This document shows, in pieces, positions 19,668 to 29,280 of a stretch of 50,653 bases of DNA (positions are counted from its first letter, which is position 1; each line of letters opens with the position of its first letter). The position numbers were made by a program, and so were the translations under genes. A model generated the notes under the pieces. It saw only the letters and a program-made list of their open reading frames with translations. It had not been told where the DNA came from and made no database searches. The DNA comes from a virus (Duplodnaviria > Caudoviricetes): positions 1-50,653 of the IMG/VR virus record IMGVR_UViG_3300019879_000025; one strand, 5' to 3'.

Positions 19668-20939
19668 TTAGTTGCCTGTTGGAACCTTGGCGCTGGTGAT
19701 GGACGACACCGATTTCGGGTTGTCGAGATAGAACTGCACAGCGTCCACCAAGTACGACTTTTCAATCGTCTTGGGGTTGCCGGTTGCAATGTCGTACTGC
19801 TGGAATACCGTCTGGCCACCGCGGTTCTTGAACCAGAAAGGCGGGTTGCCCCACTTCACTTTGCCCCAGGACTTGACGTTAATCAGGTCCCAGCGTGTCT
19901 GGTCAGCGTGAACGTTGGTGAGAACCTCGCGGCCGTCAATTGTGAATTTGCCGGCAAAAAGACCGTCAAAGTCCCGTGCCTTACCACCTTCGAGCGGTAG
20001 GAACTGAAGTTGGAAGCCCAATTCCTCGTACGCCTGGCGCTGTGAGGGGTTGGTGTGCCACAACTGGTCCTTGAGTCCTTCCGGGCCCAAGGCTACTTCA
20101 ACCTGGGTCTGGGAGAGACGGAACAGAGGCAACGTGACCTGTGCGTTGGCGGCATTGACTCCATTGGCTACCACGTACGACTGTGTGCGGGGGATACCCA
20201 TGAGGGTACCGGCCTGCGAAGTCGAGTGGAAGACTGGAATGCCGTTGATGAACGGGTCCTGGCCGGTTGCGATACCGTCAATCACGATCACATCCGTAGC
20301 TACGGTGTTCGCAGGAACAACGTCAACGGTGATGGTCTGTGTTGACCCAAGAGCATTGAACAGCGAGTTGATGGTGCATGATCCGCGGGCGATCGTCTGC
20401 GCCGCGTTCATCACTGTTACCTTCTGCCCAATGTGTAACAGACGTCCACCAAACGGCGTGGACGCCAGGATGATTGGGTTGACGCCGCCACCGGCGTACG
20501 TGGCGTCAACGGTGCCGACGATTCCGAAGCCAGCAGTCTGCAAGAAGATGTCACGCATGCGCTGGATGTATATCGCAGCATCTGCAATGGTCTTCGATAC
20601 AGGGTTGATGCTCGAAACATCGTTCGGCTCTCCGACCAGGTCAGCCAAGCGGGTGTACTGGATAGGCACAGCGTAGGCCAGCGGGGTCAGAGTGAACTGG
20701 TCCCACTGTGAGCTGCCACCATCGGGAAGAGAACTGCCGTCAAGGCCGATCTTGGCCACCGTACCAGTGAGCGCGAACTGGATACGCACACGGTAGGATT
20801 TGGTCGAGACACGATTCGACCGACCGTTGTCTTTGATACGGGCATCAAGAGCGTTCGTCTTTTCGACGAGCAACGGGATGATGTCATTGACATCTTCAAG
20901 TTGCAATGGCGCTGAGGACGCCCCAGTGAGTGTGGGCAT
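19668..20939 (-). CDS. Major capsid protein (423 aa)
   Basis: Follows the scaffold, has RBS AAAGGA and a downstream terminator. Size and composition (DGSSLPDGG, INGI, WHTNPSQRQAY) fit an HK97-fold capsid. Confidence 0.8.
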   Translation of the reverse strand: MPTLTGASSAPLQLEDVNDIIPLLVEKTNALDARIKDNGRSNRVSTKSYRVRIQFALTGTVAKIGLDGSSLPDGGSSQWDQFTLTPLAYAVPIQYTRLADLVGEPNDVSSINPVSKTIADAAIYIQRMRDIFLQTAGFGIVGTVDATYAGGGVNPIILASTPFGGRLLHIGQKVTVMNAAQTIARGSCTINSLFNALGSTQTITVDVVPANTVATDVIVIDGIATGQDPFINGIPVFHSTSQAGTLMGIPRTQSYVVANGVNAANAQVTLPLFRLSQTQVEVALGPEGLKDQLWHTNPSQRQAYEELGFQLQFLPLEGGKARDFDGLFAGKFTIDGREVLTNVHADQTRWDLINVKSWGKVKWGNPPFWFKNRGGQTVFQQYDIATGNPKTIEKSYLVDAVQFYLDNPKSVSSITSAKVPTGN

Positions 20940-21001
20940 GAGATTTTCCTTTTACGCGGAAAATGCCGCGTACATCTCGTTACAATCGTTTCTTTCGAGA
21001 C

Positions 21002-22615
21002 TTAGCCTGCCTTGGCTCCCTTTTGTCTCTGCTTCAAGACACCATAGAGTTCCAGGACCGCTGGCATGTCGGACGCGCCGGGTTTGTAGTTGTGCTGCTG
21101 CTCGAACTGCTTTTCTGCCTCTGCAAGGAGTTGTGCTGGACTTTGCTGCGGTACTGACGTAGAGGCTGGACCGGCGGTGCTGCGGGGTTCCGTTGCCCTG
21201 GTAGTGGCTTCTTGGGATGCGATCTTGTCTCTCTTGTCGCTGGCGTTTTTGATGAAACCCTGAGAGGCCTCGGATAGCACTCTTTTTACAACCGGACCAG
21301 CTACGCCTTGCACCTGGTTGACGACCAGTTGCTTGATGCGCTTCTGGGTTTCGGCTGTAGGCGCCATTGAATAGAGTTCGGCAAGTCTTGCCTGAAAGAA
21401 TCGATTGCCCTCCAAGCTCTCGGCGATGGCACGGCCAATTTCTTCATTGGCGGCCTTCACAAGGAACGGGGAGAGGTTAGCCTTTGCGAGTACCGGAGAA
21501 ACCAGTGCATCGATCGATGAATCGATGTCTGTCTCAACGGCGGTTTCAAATTGCTGACGTTCCTGCGTTTGCCGGGCCCTGTCCTGGCGAGCGTTCTCTT
21601 GCTCGCGGGCAGTAAGCTTGGCTTCACGCTGTTTGATGTGCTCGGGGACTTCATCATCATTGACTGACGGGCTGGCGGCTCCCGCAATACGCGCCTTGAC
21701 AACTTTGATTGCATCAACGAGCTCGAGATCGTTACGCGCTGTAGCTCCTGCGAGCATAGCGTCGATTTGGCTGTCGCGGACCCTTTGAAGGATTATTCCG
21801 AACGACGGTGCCATTTCGTAAACTGGCTGGCCATTATGCGTGACCGGTCTATTATTGGCGTCCAGTCTAGGAATCTTGTTGCCTTGTGCGTCGACATAGG
21901 TGGCCTGCTCGGCCCAGAAGTTCAGGACATCATTGACGCCCTGTGGAGTCGTGGCTGACAGGAACCTCCGATCGACTTCCACCCAACTCGAAGCATTCTG
22001 GACCGCGGCTTTAGCGCCCTCAAGGCCATCGGCTCCAAACAGTTCTTCATATGGCGCTGCCTTTTCGGCCAGGCGGGCGTTCCGGAAAAGTGCGCCTTTC
22101 AGTTCCGGATCGGCTTTGACCAGTTTATCCAACTCCGGACTGGCCTTCAGTTTCTCATTTAACTCGATCGCGGTAAGCCCGCCCTGAAGGTCTAGGCCGA
22201 CTGGGGACTTGGTGAGATCTTCCTCGACTTCAGTTGCTGCCACGTCAACCGCCGGTGCTTGATCGGCTTCATCGCCTGCTGGCGCCACCTCTTCTGGCCT
22301 CACGCCATCTGCGGGTTGCGCGTCTATTGCCTGCTCGGCTGGCTTGGCACCATCCCGCTGTTCACGTTTCCATTGGCCATAGGCCTCAACGTAAGCCGGA
22401 GTATCGCCCGGAAAGTCCTCGATATTGGGCGGTGCACTCTTCACTGGCGCCGCAGGGGCGGCAGAGGCTATAGAAGGTGGCGTAGTAGACGCTGGCTCTG
22501 TCGACGGCGTGGCGGCTGCTGCTGGGGTTGATGTGCTTACTGCTGGTGCTGGTGCTGCTGGCGGAGGGGTTGCTACTGAACTTGCTGCTACTGCTGGGGT
22601 CGCGTCGGTGCTCAT
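21002..22615 (-). CDS. Capsid scaffolding protein (537 aa)
   Basis: Ala/Pro/Glu-rich disordered N-terminus and coiled coils; directly upstream of the capsid gene. Confidence 0.7.
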   Translation of the reverse strand: MSTDATPAVAASSVATPPPAAPAPAVSTSTPAAAATPSTEPASTTPPSIASAAPAAPVKSAPPNIEDFPGDTPAYVEAYGQWKREQRDGAKPAEQAIDAQPADGVRPEEVAPAGDEADQAPAVDVAATEVEEDLTKSPVGLDLQGGLTAIELNEKLKASPELDKLVKADPELKGALFRNARLAEKAAPYEELFGADGLEGAKAAVQNASSWVEVDRRFLSATTPQGVNDVLNFWAEQATYVDAQGNKIPRLDANNRPVTHNGQPVYEMAPSFGIILQRVRDSQIDAMLAGATARNDLELVDAIKVVKARIAGAASPSVNDDEVPEHIKQREAKLTAREQENARQDRARQTQERQQFETAVETDIDSSIDALVSPVLAKANLSPFLVKAANEEIGRAIAESLEGNRFFQARLAELYSMAPTAETQKRIKQLVVNQVQGVAGPVVKRVLSEASQGFIKNASDKRDKIASQEATTRATEPRSTAGPASTSVPQQSPAQLLAEAEKQFEQQHNYKPGASDMPAVLELYGVLKQRQKGAKAG

Positions 22616-22629
22616 TTGTCTGCTCCAAT

Positions 22630-22654
22630 AAGAAACCCGCCTCTTAGGGCGGGT
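22630..22654 (-). terminator. Probable rho-independent terminator upstream of the scaffold gene
   Basis: Minus strand ACCCGCC-CTAAGA-GGCGGGT followed by TTCTT. Confidence 0.5.
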
Positions 22655-22681
22655 GTCAGGGAATGGGTGCTGCTACTGCTT

Positions 22682-23026
22682 TTACTGCGTAAGTGGGCTT
22701 GCTCCCTCAAGAAACTTGTCGTCCACCAGACCATACCACTCTTGGTGAGATAGTCCGGTTTCGCTCATGTCCTTAATGATTTTTTTCTGCACGATCACTG
22801 CTTTGCTGCTCGGGAGCACCGTGCCGAGCGGTATGTCTTTGGCTTCTATGGTGACAGCCTCCAGAGCAAATTCAAGCTTCACTCCGAGGAATTTTAGTTC
22901 TGAATGCCCTGAATCTTCAATCTCAACCGGATCATCGGCCGGCAAGAAGAAATACAGGCGCGGACGTCCATGCGCAAAAATAATCCTATCGACGGTGAAC
23001 ATCACGAATTGTTGCTGGTCACTCAT
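22682..23026 (-). CDS. Hypothetical protein (114 aa)
   Basis: Co-oriented ORF, ATGA-coupled to the upstream gene. Confidence 0.55.
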   Translation of the reverse strand: MSDQQQFVMFTVDRIIFAHGRPRLYFFLPADDPVEIEDSGHSELKFLGVKLEFALEAVTIEAKDIPLGTVLPSSKAVIVQKKIIKDMSETGLSHQEWYGLVDDKFLEGASPLTQ

Positions 23027-23169
23027 TGCTTTACGTTGATTAGCCGATCAAGGTCAGCTACAGTCATTTTCTCCAGAGGGCTACCTGCGTCGAGATTAAG
23101 GCCGATTGCCTCAGCCTTCTCGAGCAACTCGATAACTTCCTCCTCTGAGTAGAGACGCTCGTCTGTCAT
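23023..23169 (-). CDS. Small hypothetical protein (48 aa, MTDERLYSEEEV...)
   Basis: Hand-translated; ATGA overlaps at both ends fill the gap exactly. Confidence 0.55.
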   Translation of the reverse strand: MTDERLYSEEEVIELLEKAEAIGLNLDAGSPLEKMTVADLDRLINVKQ

Positions 23170-23981
23170 TGGACGGTCTGTGATCCACCATCGCTTGCGA
23201 TCTTGGCCGCAGCTTGAGTCAGGTATTCACGGTAGGCCGCGATCGATTCATCCAGCTTTCCCGCCATTGCATTATCCCTGAGCCATTTGTCGGCCGCGGC
23301 GACATCGGCCTCGAAATCATCCGGCATCTGCATTATGGCAGCATTGTCCTCGGGGGTAAGGTCTTTGCGCTCTATTCCCTTTGCCGCGACGTATTGAGCG
23401 ATGGCCTTTTCTTTATAGAACAACTTCTCCTGGCCCGGCGCAGACGGCATCTCCAGGAGCACACCGCTGTAGGTCTTGTCAGGAGGGAAGAGAAGCTTCA
23501 GTACCGCGATAGAAGGCTCGGCTGCAGGTGATTGTGCGGGGATATCGGTACGCACTGGCTCGGCGGGCAGTTCGGCCTGTGGAATATCCTGCTTTTGTGG
23601 CGGGACTTCCTCGCCTTCGTTCAGATAGAAGCCTCCTGGCTTGATCATGACGCCGGTTGACTCATGCTTGGTAACTAGGCCCAGTGCCGGCATTCCCAGG
23701 ACAGGAACATGACTCTTCTGCTGGACGGCTACCTTGTCCTCAAACATGTCATGGGCGGGATTGCTTGCATGCGTGGCGTCATAGACTGCCTTGTAGGCAC
23801 CGGTAATGTTCCCGCGCAACAGTTCCCTCTCTGCCTCGGGCGGGAAGTAGATCAGGGTCACGCGCGGCGCAGCGCCTTCAGGATCACCGAAGTCAGCGCC
23901 GTTGCGGAAATAGAGACTGATGGCCTGATGGACTTTGTAGTTGGCGTCGACAAACAGGAGAGGCTTATGTTCAATTTTCAT
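23166..23981 (-). CDS. Hypothetical protein
   Basis: Probable start MKIEHKP at 23981 after AAAGGA; the longer track ORF overlaps the neighbouring gene. Confidence 0.6.
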   Translation of the reverse strand: MKIEHKPLLFVDANYKVHQAISLYFRNGADFGDPEGAAPRVTLIYFPPEAERELLRGNITGAYKAVYDATHASNPAHDMFEDKVAVQQKSHVPVLGMPALGLVTKHESTGVMIKPGGFYLNEGEEVPPQKQDIPQAELPAEPVRTDIPAQSPAAEPSIAVLKLLFPPDKTYSGVLLEMPSAPGQEKLFYKEKAIAQYVAAKGIERKDLTPEDNAAIMQMPDDFEADVAAADKWLRDNAMAGKLDESIAAYREYLTQAAAKIASDGGSQTVQ

Positions 23982-24028
23982 GTGTTTTCCTTTTATTTCA
24001 GGCACTCTGGAATATATGGAGATCAGTT

Positions 24029-24508
24029 TTAGGCGGCGATGAATGCCGCTACCTTTTTCCTCAATGTCGCCCATGCTTGATTGGCTTTGGCCACAACTGG
24101 ATAAAACCTGTACGGGAATTTCTTGCCTACTTCCAGGTCGTACTTGGCCCGCTCCTCGCGCTGAAGTTGCAGCATCTTGCCGACATACCCGGAGATCGCG
24201 ATTCTCAACGACAGCTCTTTGTACCTCCGGTCCCATGCCAGTGGCAGTGTTGCCGCGTACCATCCGTTATCGTCGCCACCTGTCACCTGTAGCGGTTGTG
24301 GCATGGAGCCACCTTCCATCAACCTGGATTCGCCCCAGCCGCGCAACACGATACAAAACAGATCACTAAAAGTCGGGAATCCAGTGTTAGGGCTATATTG
24401 AGAAAAAACTCTTTGGCCAGATCTGCCGCAGAACACAAAGGCGCGCGAATCGGTCTTGAATGTGGTCAGAAACCTCTCGACATCGAGTTTTATTTTGTCG
24501 TCAATCAC
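24029..24508 (-). CDS. Hypothetical protein (159 aa)
   Basis: Starts 1 nt after the portal stop. Confidence 0.55.
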   Translation of the reverse strand: MIDDKIKLDVERFLTTFKTDSRAFVFCGRSGQRVFSQYSPNTGFPTFSDLFCIVLRGWGESRLMEGGSMPQPLQVTGGDDNGWYAATLPLAWDRRYKELSLRIAISGYVGKMLQLQREERAKYDLEVGKKFPYRFYPVVAKANQAWATLRKKVAAFIAA

Positions 24509-24509
24509 T

Positions 24510-26918
24510 TTACTGCTCTCCTGCTGGTGGTTTACCCTGGCCCTGGGGCGGCCCTTGTGCTGCTTGCTGCTCCTTGGCCTTTTCCAGTCCCCACTGGTAG
24601 GCGAGACGATAATACGCCTTCATGTTTTCCCAGCCAAGCGGATTTTCTTTCTCTTTCTCCCAGTGCTTTTGGGCCCACTTGCGAACCGTCTTAACCGTTA
24701 TATCCAGATCATCCATTTCCTTGTCGGGTTGGATACTCGGCATCATGATTCGCTTGGCCATTGGTGGCGCTCCCGGCTGGCCTCCTGGTATCGGTACCGT
24801 GGTGGGGATAGGCTTAGACTGCATGAGTTGGTCGATCTGCTGGAGAATCTTGTTCCGCATGTCGCGGCTTGGGATCACGAGACCAGGCGTTCCGGTCCAG
24901 GTCGCAATCTCCTCTTGGTTCTCTGGTTCGTCCATAATCGCGTTGATGTACGGGTTCTTTCCTTGCGCATTGGCCGTGATCAATCTCTCCCAGAACGCTT
25001 TGACCTCGGCATAGGTCATCGGGAACCCCTGATCCGTCTCGGGGTACGCATGGACATTGCCTTTCATCTCATCCAGGCGAACATAGTTGTTCCGATATTG
25101 CTTGCTCTCGTCGGTTACGACCGAGATCCAATCATCAGTCATGTTGCGGGATGCGCACTTTACGGATAACTCCGCGGCATCAGCGTTTTCCTGGCGAATG
25201 TTGTCCCAGAACAACCCCAGTTTACCCATGGCAGTGGTCAGTTGCTGCTCCTGTCCGCCTTTGGTCTGGATGTTTGGATCTCCCGCGCCACCGTAAATCT
25301 GTGGTGGTGTGCCCACAAGCATCTGCGCCGTGAACACTAATTTCTCCTGGTAGGTATACATCGCGCTATCAATCTCAGCCTTGATCTGGACGATGGCATC
25401 CTCGAGGCGGTTTCCTTGTGCCGAGGCTACCTGCTTCATCTTCAGGCCGGTTAAACGGCCGGGCAGGAATGGCGTTCCGTCTAAACTCTCGCCGTCGATC
25501 AGGTTAGAGTTGTATAGCACCATACCGCAGGCAATGCGGTCCATGTACTCATGCACGATGTTGGCAACGTCGTTAATGCGGTCTTGGACTGGAATGGCCG
25601 CGTCCCCTACCGCAGGCGGGAAGAGTCCAAACGTCTCTTCTACTGTGCCGGCCCATGTCCATTCATCGGTAAGCTTGGCCGATGTCGCACTCAGGAACAA
25701 ATCGCCAACGTTGATCAATAAGACGCCTTTAGGGAACTTCATGCGTAGCTTGTCAACTATGGCCTTGTCGTTGATCTTGTTCAGCGCCCATGGCTGAATC
25801 CAGGTTCGCGAAAGAGTGGGCTGAAGGTCTTGTATGAAGTTAGACCGCGATCCGGACTCAGAGTACACGTACTGGCGCGCCTGGCGTTCCATCTGATTAT
25901 CGGCGTTGATCGGGCCCAGTGAGGTCGCGAGTTGCTGCCATTTGTCTGGGAACATTTCGCGTAATGCCGCCAAGTCTACTTCTTCTTCTACCCCTAGAAT
26001 TGGGGTCTCGCGTAAGTTCTTAGCGTAGGGCGCAGCGTCTACCATCAGCGCCGAATATAGGGTGTGTGCCACCATGCCATTCGGCACGTCCTCATCACCC
26101 TCGACTGACGGTAACTCCGCTTCCTCTCCCGGATAGAAGTCATTGCCTCCCATCTGGGTACCGCAACTGGGGCAGCGCATGCCATTTTCGTTGATCTTCT
26201 GGTTATCCGCCGGCGTGAGCGCCGAGCATTCAGGGCAAACGAAGCGATCAGGGAATAGAGCCTGGGTCTTGAGCTTGATGACCGGCTCTTTGTGTGTTCC
26301 GGCCAGTTCGCTATCCACGACATATCGGACGTGACGGAAATAAGACCCCGCCATCCAGAGAAAGAGCAACCCCTGCTTGTGGAGGCTTTTGATTTTGTTC
26401 TGGCGCTGGATGATTTCCTGGACTCTGCTCGAAGCCTTTGCGGTGGCTATGTCCTCTTCTTCCTCGGCATTCTCCGGGAGAAACTGAGTCTTTGGCAACT
26501 GTGTAGACAGTGCCGACACGAACGCGAAACCGAACATCTGATAGAAGTTGGTGGCGAACTGGTAAAGGTCAAGATCCTCGTTCTCACTGCCAGACTGCTG
26601 GCTGAACATCGCATCAAGGGCATCAAACCATTGGAAACTCTCGGGGTCGAAGCTGATGAAATGATTGCCCTTGAAAAACTCGTAGGCCTTGAGAATTCGG
26701 CGCAGGATCATACGGCGCCGCATGAACCAGGACTGCTTGTACTCACGGACGCACTGAATGAGTTGCTGCTGTTCTACCAGAGTCAAGGGCTCAGGAACTT
26801 CTTTGGTGTCCGGGGTCCTGAGGGGATCGTCCTTGGTAACTTCCTCACCATGATGGCTTGGCTCGGGCTTCCCGCCAGATAGATCGATCTTCATGGTGTT
26901 ATCGGTAGGTGAGTCCAT
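24510..26918 (-). CDS. Portal protein (802 aa) with zinc-ribbon insertion
   Basis: Size, position upstream of scaffold/capsid, and motifs (YEFFKGNHF, ATNFYQ, EDIATAKAS, AIPVQDRIN, Q/P-rich tail) typical of podovirus-type portals. Internal CPEC...CPSC. Confidence 0.8.
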   Translation of the reverse strand: MDSPTDNTMKIDLSGGKPEPSHHGEEVTKDDPLRTPDTKEVPEPLTLVEQQQLIQCVREYKQSWFMRRRMILRRILKAYEFFKGNHFISFDPESFQWFDALDAMFSQQSGSENEDLDLYQFATNFYQMFGFAFVSALSTQLPKTQFLPENAEEEEDIATAKASSRVQEIIQRQNKIKSLHKQGLLFLWMAGSYFRHVRYVVDSELAGTHKEPVIKLKTQALFPDRFVCPECSALTPADNQKINENGMRCPSCGTQMGGNDFYPGEEAELPSVEGDEDVPNGMVAHTLYSALMVDAAPYAKNLRETPILGVEEEVDLAALREMFPDKWQQLATSLGPINADNQMERQARQYVYSESGSRSNFIQDLQPTLSRTWIQPWALNKINDKAIVDKLRMKFPKGVLLINVGDLFLSATSAKLTDEWTWAGTVEETFGLFPPAVGDAAIPVQDRINDVANIVHEYMDRIACGMVLYNSNLIDGESLDGTPFLPGRLTGLKMKQVASAQGNRLEDAIVQIKAEIDSAMYTYQEKLVFTAQMLVGTPPQIYGGAGDPNIQTKGGQEQQLTTAMGKLGLFWDNIRQENADAAELSVKCASRNMTDDWISVVTDESKQYRNNYVRLDEMKGNVHAYPETDQGFPMTYAEVKAFWERLITANAQGKNPYINAIMDEPENQEEIATWTGTPGLVIPSRDMRNKILQQIDQLMQSKPIPTTVPIPGGQPGAPPMAKRIMMPSIQPDKEMDDLDITVKTVRKWAQKHWEKEKENPLGWENMKAYYRLAYQWGLEKAKEQQAAQGPPQGQGKPPAGEQ

Positions 26919-26922
26919 GTAT

Positions 26923-27132
26923 TTACGCTCTGCGGCCTTTTTTCTTGTCCACGTTCGAATGGAAGAAAGACCCCAGACTGCCGGAGGTCATCTTGTCGTA
27001 CTCATCTTTGGGCATGGGATATATCCAGGTTGCTCCGCTGCTACGGAACGTGATGTATAACTCCTGGTTCTGTTCGTCATATCCATGCTGAGAAAAGGCT
27101 TTGGAGTCTGTCTGTTGCATTTCGGGCATCAT
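26923..27132 (-). CDS. KTSC domain protein
   Basis: SKAFSQHGYDEQNQELYITFRSSGATWIY...SLGSFFHSNV matches the KTSC pattern. Confidence 0.8.
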   Translation of the reverse strand: MMPEMQQTDSKAFSQHGYDEQNQELYITFRSSGATWIYPMPKDEYDKMTSGSLGSFFHSNVDKKKGRRA

Positions 27133-27350
27133 GCGACTAGAACCTCAATTTCTGCAAGTATTCTCCAACCACCGGAGATATAGCACTGGAGGTGATTGGC
27201 ACAAGCCCGTGTTCTACGACCAGACGACACGCCTTGGCTGATTTCTATAAGAGCAAGCGAACCAGAATGCTTTCGCGTGTCATCTTCGCCTAACTCAAGG
27301 CACTGGCATTCCCGATGAACCTCAAAACCCTGATGAATTTCAGGCGGCAC
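27129..27350 (-). CDS. Small Cys/His-containing hypothetical protein
   Basis: Probable GTG start at 27350; ECQC...H...CANH; ATGA-coupled to KTSC. Confidence 0.4.
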   Translation of the reverse strand: MPPEIHQGFEVHRECQCLELGEDDTRKHSGSLALIEISQGVSSGRRTRACANHLQCYISGGWRILAEIEVLVA

Positions 27351-27582
27351 TTTGATCTTTCCCCCAAACGAACCTGAAACGCCCGGTCCCGAGCCGCACC
27401 ATGCGGTAGCGGTGTCCTGGGATCTTTCCATCAAGCTTGTCCTTCATCGCCCTGGACGCGGCTGTAATGGCTTCTTCGTCGAAGTGTTTTCCGGGCTTGG
27501 CCGTGAAGGGAATGCTCTGGACAATACGGTGGTTACCTTCGTCCATGAATTCAAAGACCAGCCTACTGCACTGTTGGAACAA
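27340..27582 (-). CDS. Hypothetical protein (~80 aa)
   Basis: Co-oriented ORF filling the gap; start uncertain. Confidence 0.45.
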   Translation of the reverse strand: MFQQCSRLVFEFMDEGNHRIVQSIPFTAKPGKHFDEEAITAASRAMKDKLDGKIPGHRYRMVRLGTGRFRFVWGKDQSAA

Positions 27583-27946
27583 TGATCTGTGCCTCTCCGA
27601 GGTTCGCGCTCATGAGGATTTCTTTGCGGCACTGGCGCTCAACACGGTCCAGGTAGTCTTTGACGTCTGTGCGGTGCCGATACTGCGGAAGCGGCCAGGA
27701 GTTGAACTTGGTGCTTGGTGTCACGCCGATAAACCCCATGGGCCTGCCCGTTCTGGTAAGAGCATTGATTGCAGCCAAGCGCGCAACCGGATCGCCATCA
27801 CCGGCAAACACAAGTTCTGTTCCCTTGCCGTCATCAACCAGGAAAACCAGGGCCACGGCCAGGTAATTAAGCCTCTGCTGGCGATCAAGCTCATCGAACA
27901 GGCCGCCAGTTGAGGTGATCGGTTCTGCTGGACGATCAGACCGCAT
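27563..27946 (-). CDS. Hypothetical protein
   Basis: Probable start MRSDRP at 27946, overlapping the upstream stop. Confidence 0.5.
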   Translation of the reverse strand: MRSDRPAEPITSTGGLFDELDRQQRLNYLAVALVFLVDDGKGTELVFAGDGDPVARLAAINALTRTGRPMGFIGVTPSTKFNSWPLPQYRHRTDVKDYLDRVERQCRKEILMSANLGEAQIIVPTVQ

Positions 27947-28295
27947 CCATGTCCCCTGAACCAATACCGAGTTTTTGTTTGATAGCCTCGAGGCTTTCCT
28001 CAATGGCGGCCATACGTTTCTCTTGTTGCTCCTCTGGGGGTTGGCCCACCGGAGGCATGTCCGGCATCATGTCGGCATCGGTATCTCCATCGGCATCACG
28101 GCTTGGGACGCCTGCACCAATAGGTGGCGGAGCGCTACGGGCCCCAGCCAGGATTCGGCGACCGATACCACCAGCCTTTGGCGGCATAGAGGATTCTGCC
28201 GGCAATGGGGTGTCGGCTTTGTTGGGTTCATCGCTCATCCCAGGTTTGCCAGCCATAAAGGAACGCTTACGGGGGTTGCTCATATTCTCGGCCAT
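27936..28295 (-). CDS. Small disordered protein (119 aa), possibly head-associated
   Basis: Pro/Met/Asp-rich; contains GIGRRILAGAR. Confidence 0.55.
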   Translation of the reverse strand: MAENMSNPRKRSFMAGKPGMSDEPNKADTPLPAESSMPPKAGGIGRRILAGARSAPPPIGAGVPSRDADGDTDADMMPDMPPVGQPPEEQQEKRMAAIEESLEAIKQKLGIGSGDMDAV

Positions 28296-28297
28296 TT

Positions 28298-28669
28298 TTA
28301 TCCCACCTTTGAGTTGTTCTGTCCCTGGTGGACTTCGGCCTCCACCAGGTCAAACTGCCTTAGTACAATTTCACGCTCTTCCTGTCCGACTGAGCGGCGA
28401 CTATGGAACCTCTTAAACGCTTCCCGTGTCATCTGCGAAACAACCTGGCTCGGACGCCGCATCATCGGAACCGATTGGCGCGCCGGCGTTGTAGATGCCG
28501 CAGTTTCTTCCACTGGCTGTGTGACTGCTTCGGGCTTCTCGAAGATAGGCCCGCCCAGACCGAGTGATGCAAGGCGATCAAGCAACTTGACGCGCTCCGC
28601 ATCAATACGGTCTTTCTCTATCTTCAGGTCGTTGTAGCGGGCACGACTTACAAAAGGAAGGCTAAACAT
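28298..28669 (-). CDS. Hypothetical protein
   Basis: Probable start MFSLPFVSRARY at 28669; coiled-coil N-terminus. Confidence 0.55.
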   Translation of the reverse strand: MFSLPFVSRARYNDLKIEKDRIDAERVKLLDRLASLGLGGPIFEKPEAVTQPVEETAASTTPARQSVPMMRRPSQVVSQMTREAFKRFHSRRSVGQEEREIVLRQFDLVEAEVHQGQNNSKVG

Positions 28670-28977
28670 GCGGCATACCCCTTCCTCATCATCGTTATGA
28701 TCTTTGACCCAAGCCGACCCCTGTCGTCCTTTTTGGGGAGTTTGCCGTCCCACTTCTTTTTGTCGTTCAAGGATAGAAACTCGTTGCAGCACTCCTGGGA
28801 GTGTGCCACGATATGGCCATTAGCAAGTAACCGGTTCTTGAAGTCAGGGACACTGTTGTCCTCGGCCACTTCTTTGTCGTAGCAAACGCCATTCTGCCAC
28901 TTCTGGCAGTTGCTACACATGAACGGCCCGAGGTCCGCAGTTGCAAATCCGACTTTGTCTGATCCAGAGGATGCCAT
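28648..28977 (-). CDS. Cys-rich small protein, HiPIP-like Cys spacing
   Basis: GF...GPFMCSNC...VC...ECCNEF. Confidence 0.5.
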   Translation of the reverse strand: MASSGSDKVGFATADLGPFMCSNCQKWQNGVCYDKEVAEDNSVPDFKNRLLANGHIVAHSQECCNEFLSLNDKKKWDGKLPKKDDRGRLGSKIITMMRKGYAACLAFLL

Positions 28978-28983
28978 AGATTT

Positions 28984-29268
28984 TTAGAGGGAAAACAGTA
29001 CAACCCCGCCATTCACAAGAATGACATCGTCTCTGTCAAATGACGTTTGGTAGTAGCCGTTATTGTAAAAATCCACCACAGCGTCAGCGATTGCCTGCTC
29101 AATCAGTAATTGCGTCAACGTGTTCGGCTTAGTGACGAGAACTGTGAAGCCGCTTTGGTTGATCGCCCGTGAATTGGAGTTATCCCAAAACCCGGCGTCC
29201 ATGGTTAACTGCAATTGCGTTGAACTGTAGACTGACGATCCTTTTACGGTGGCCCAAAGAATATCCAT
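28984..29268 (-). CDS. Hypothetical protein (94 aa)
   Basis: RBS GGAAGG; co-oriented after the fibre-like gene. Confidence 0.55.
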   Translation of the reverse strand: MDILWATVKGSSVYSSTQLQLTMDAGFWDNSNSRAINQSGFTVLVTKPNTLTQLLIEQAIADAVVDFYNNGYYQTSFDRDDVILVNGGVVLFSL

Positions 29269-29280
29269 ACAGCACCTTCC

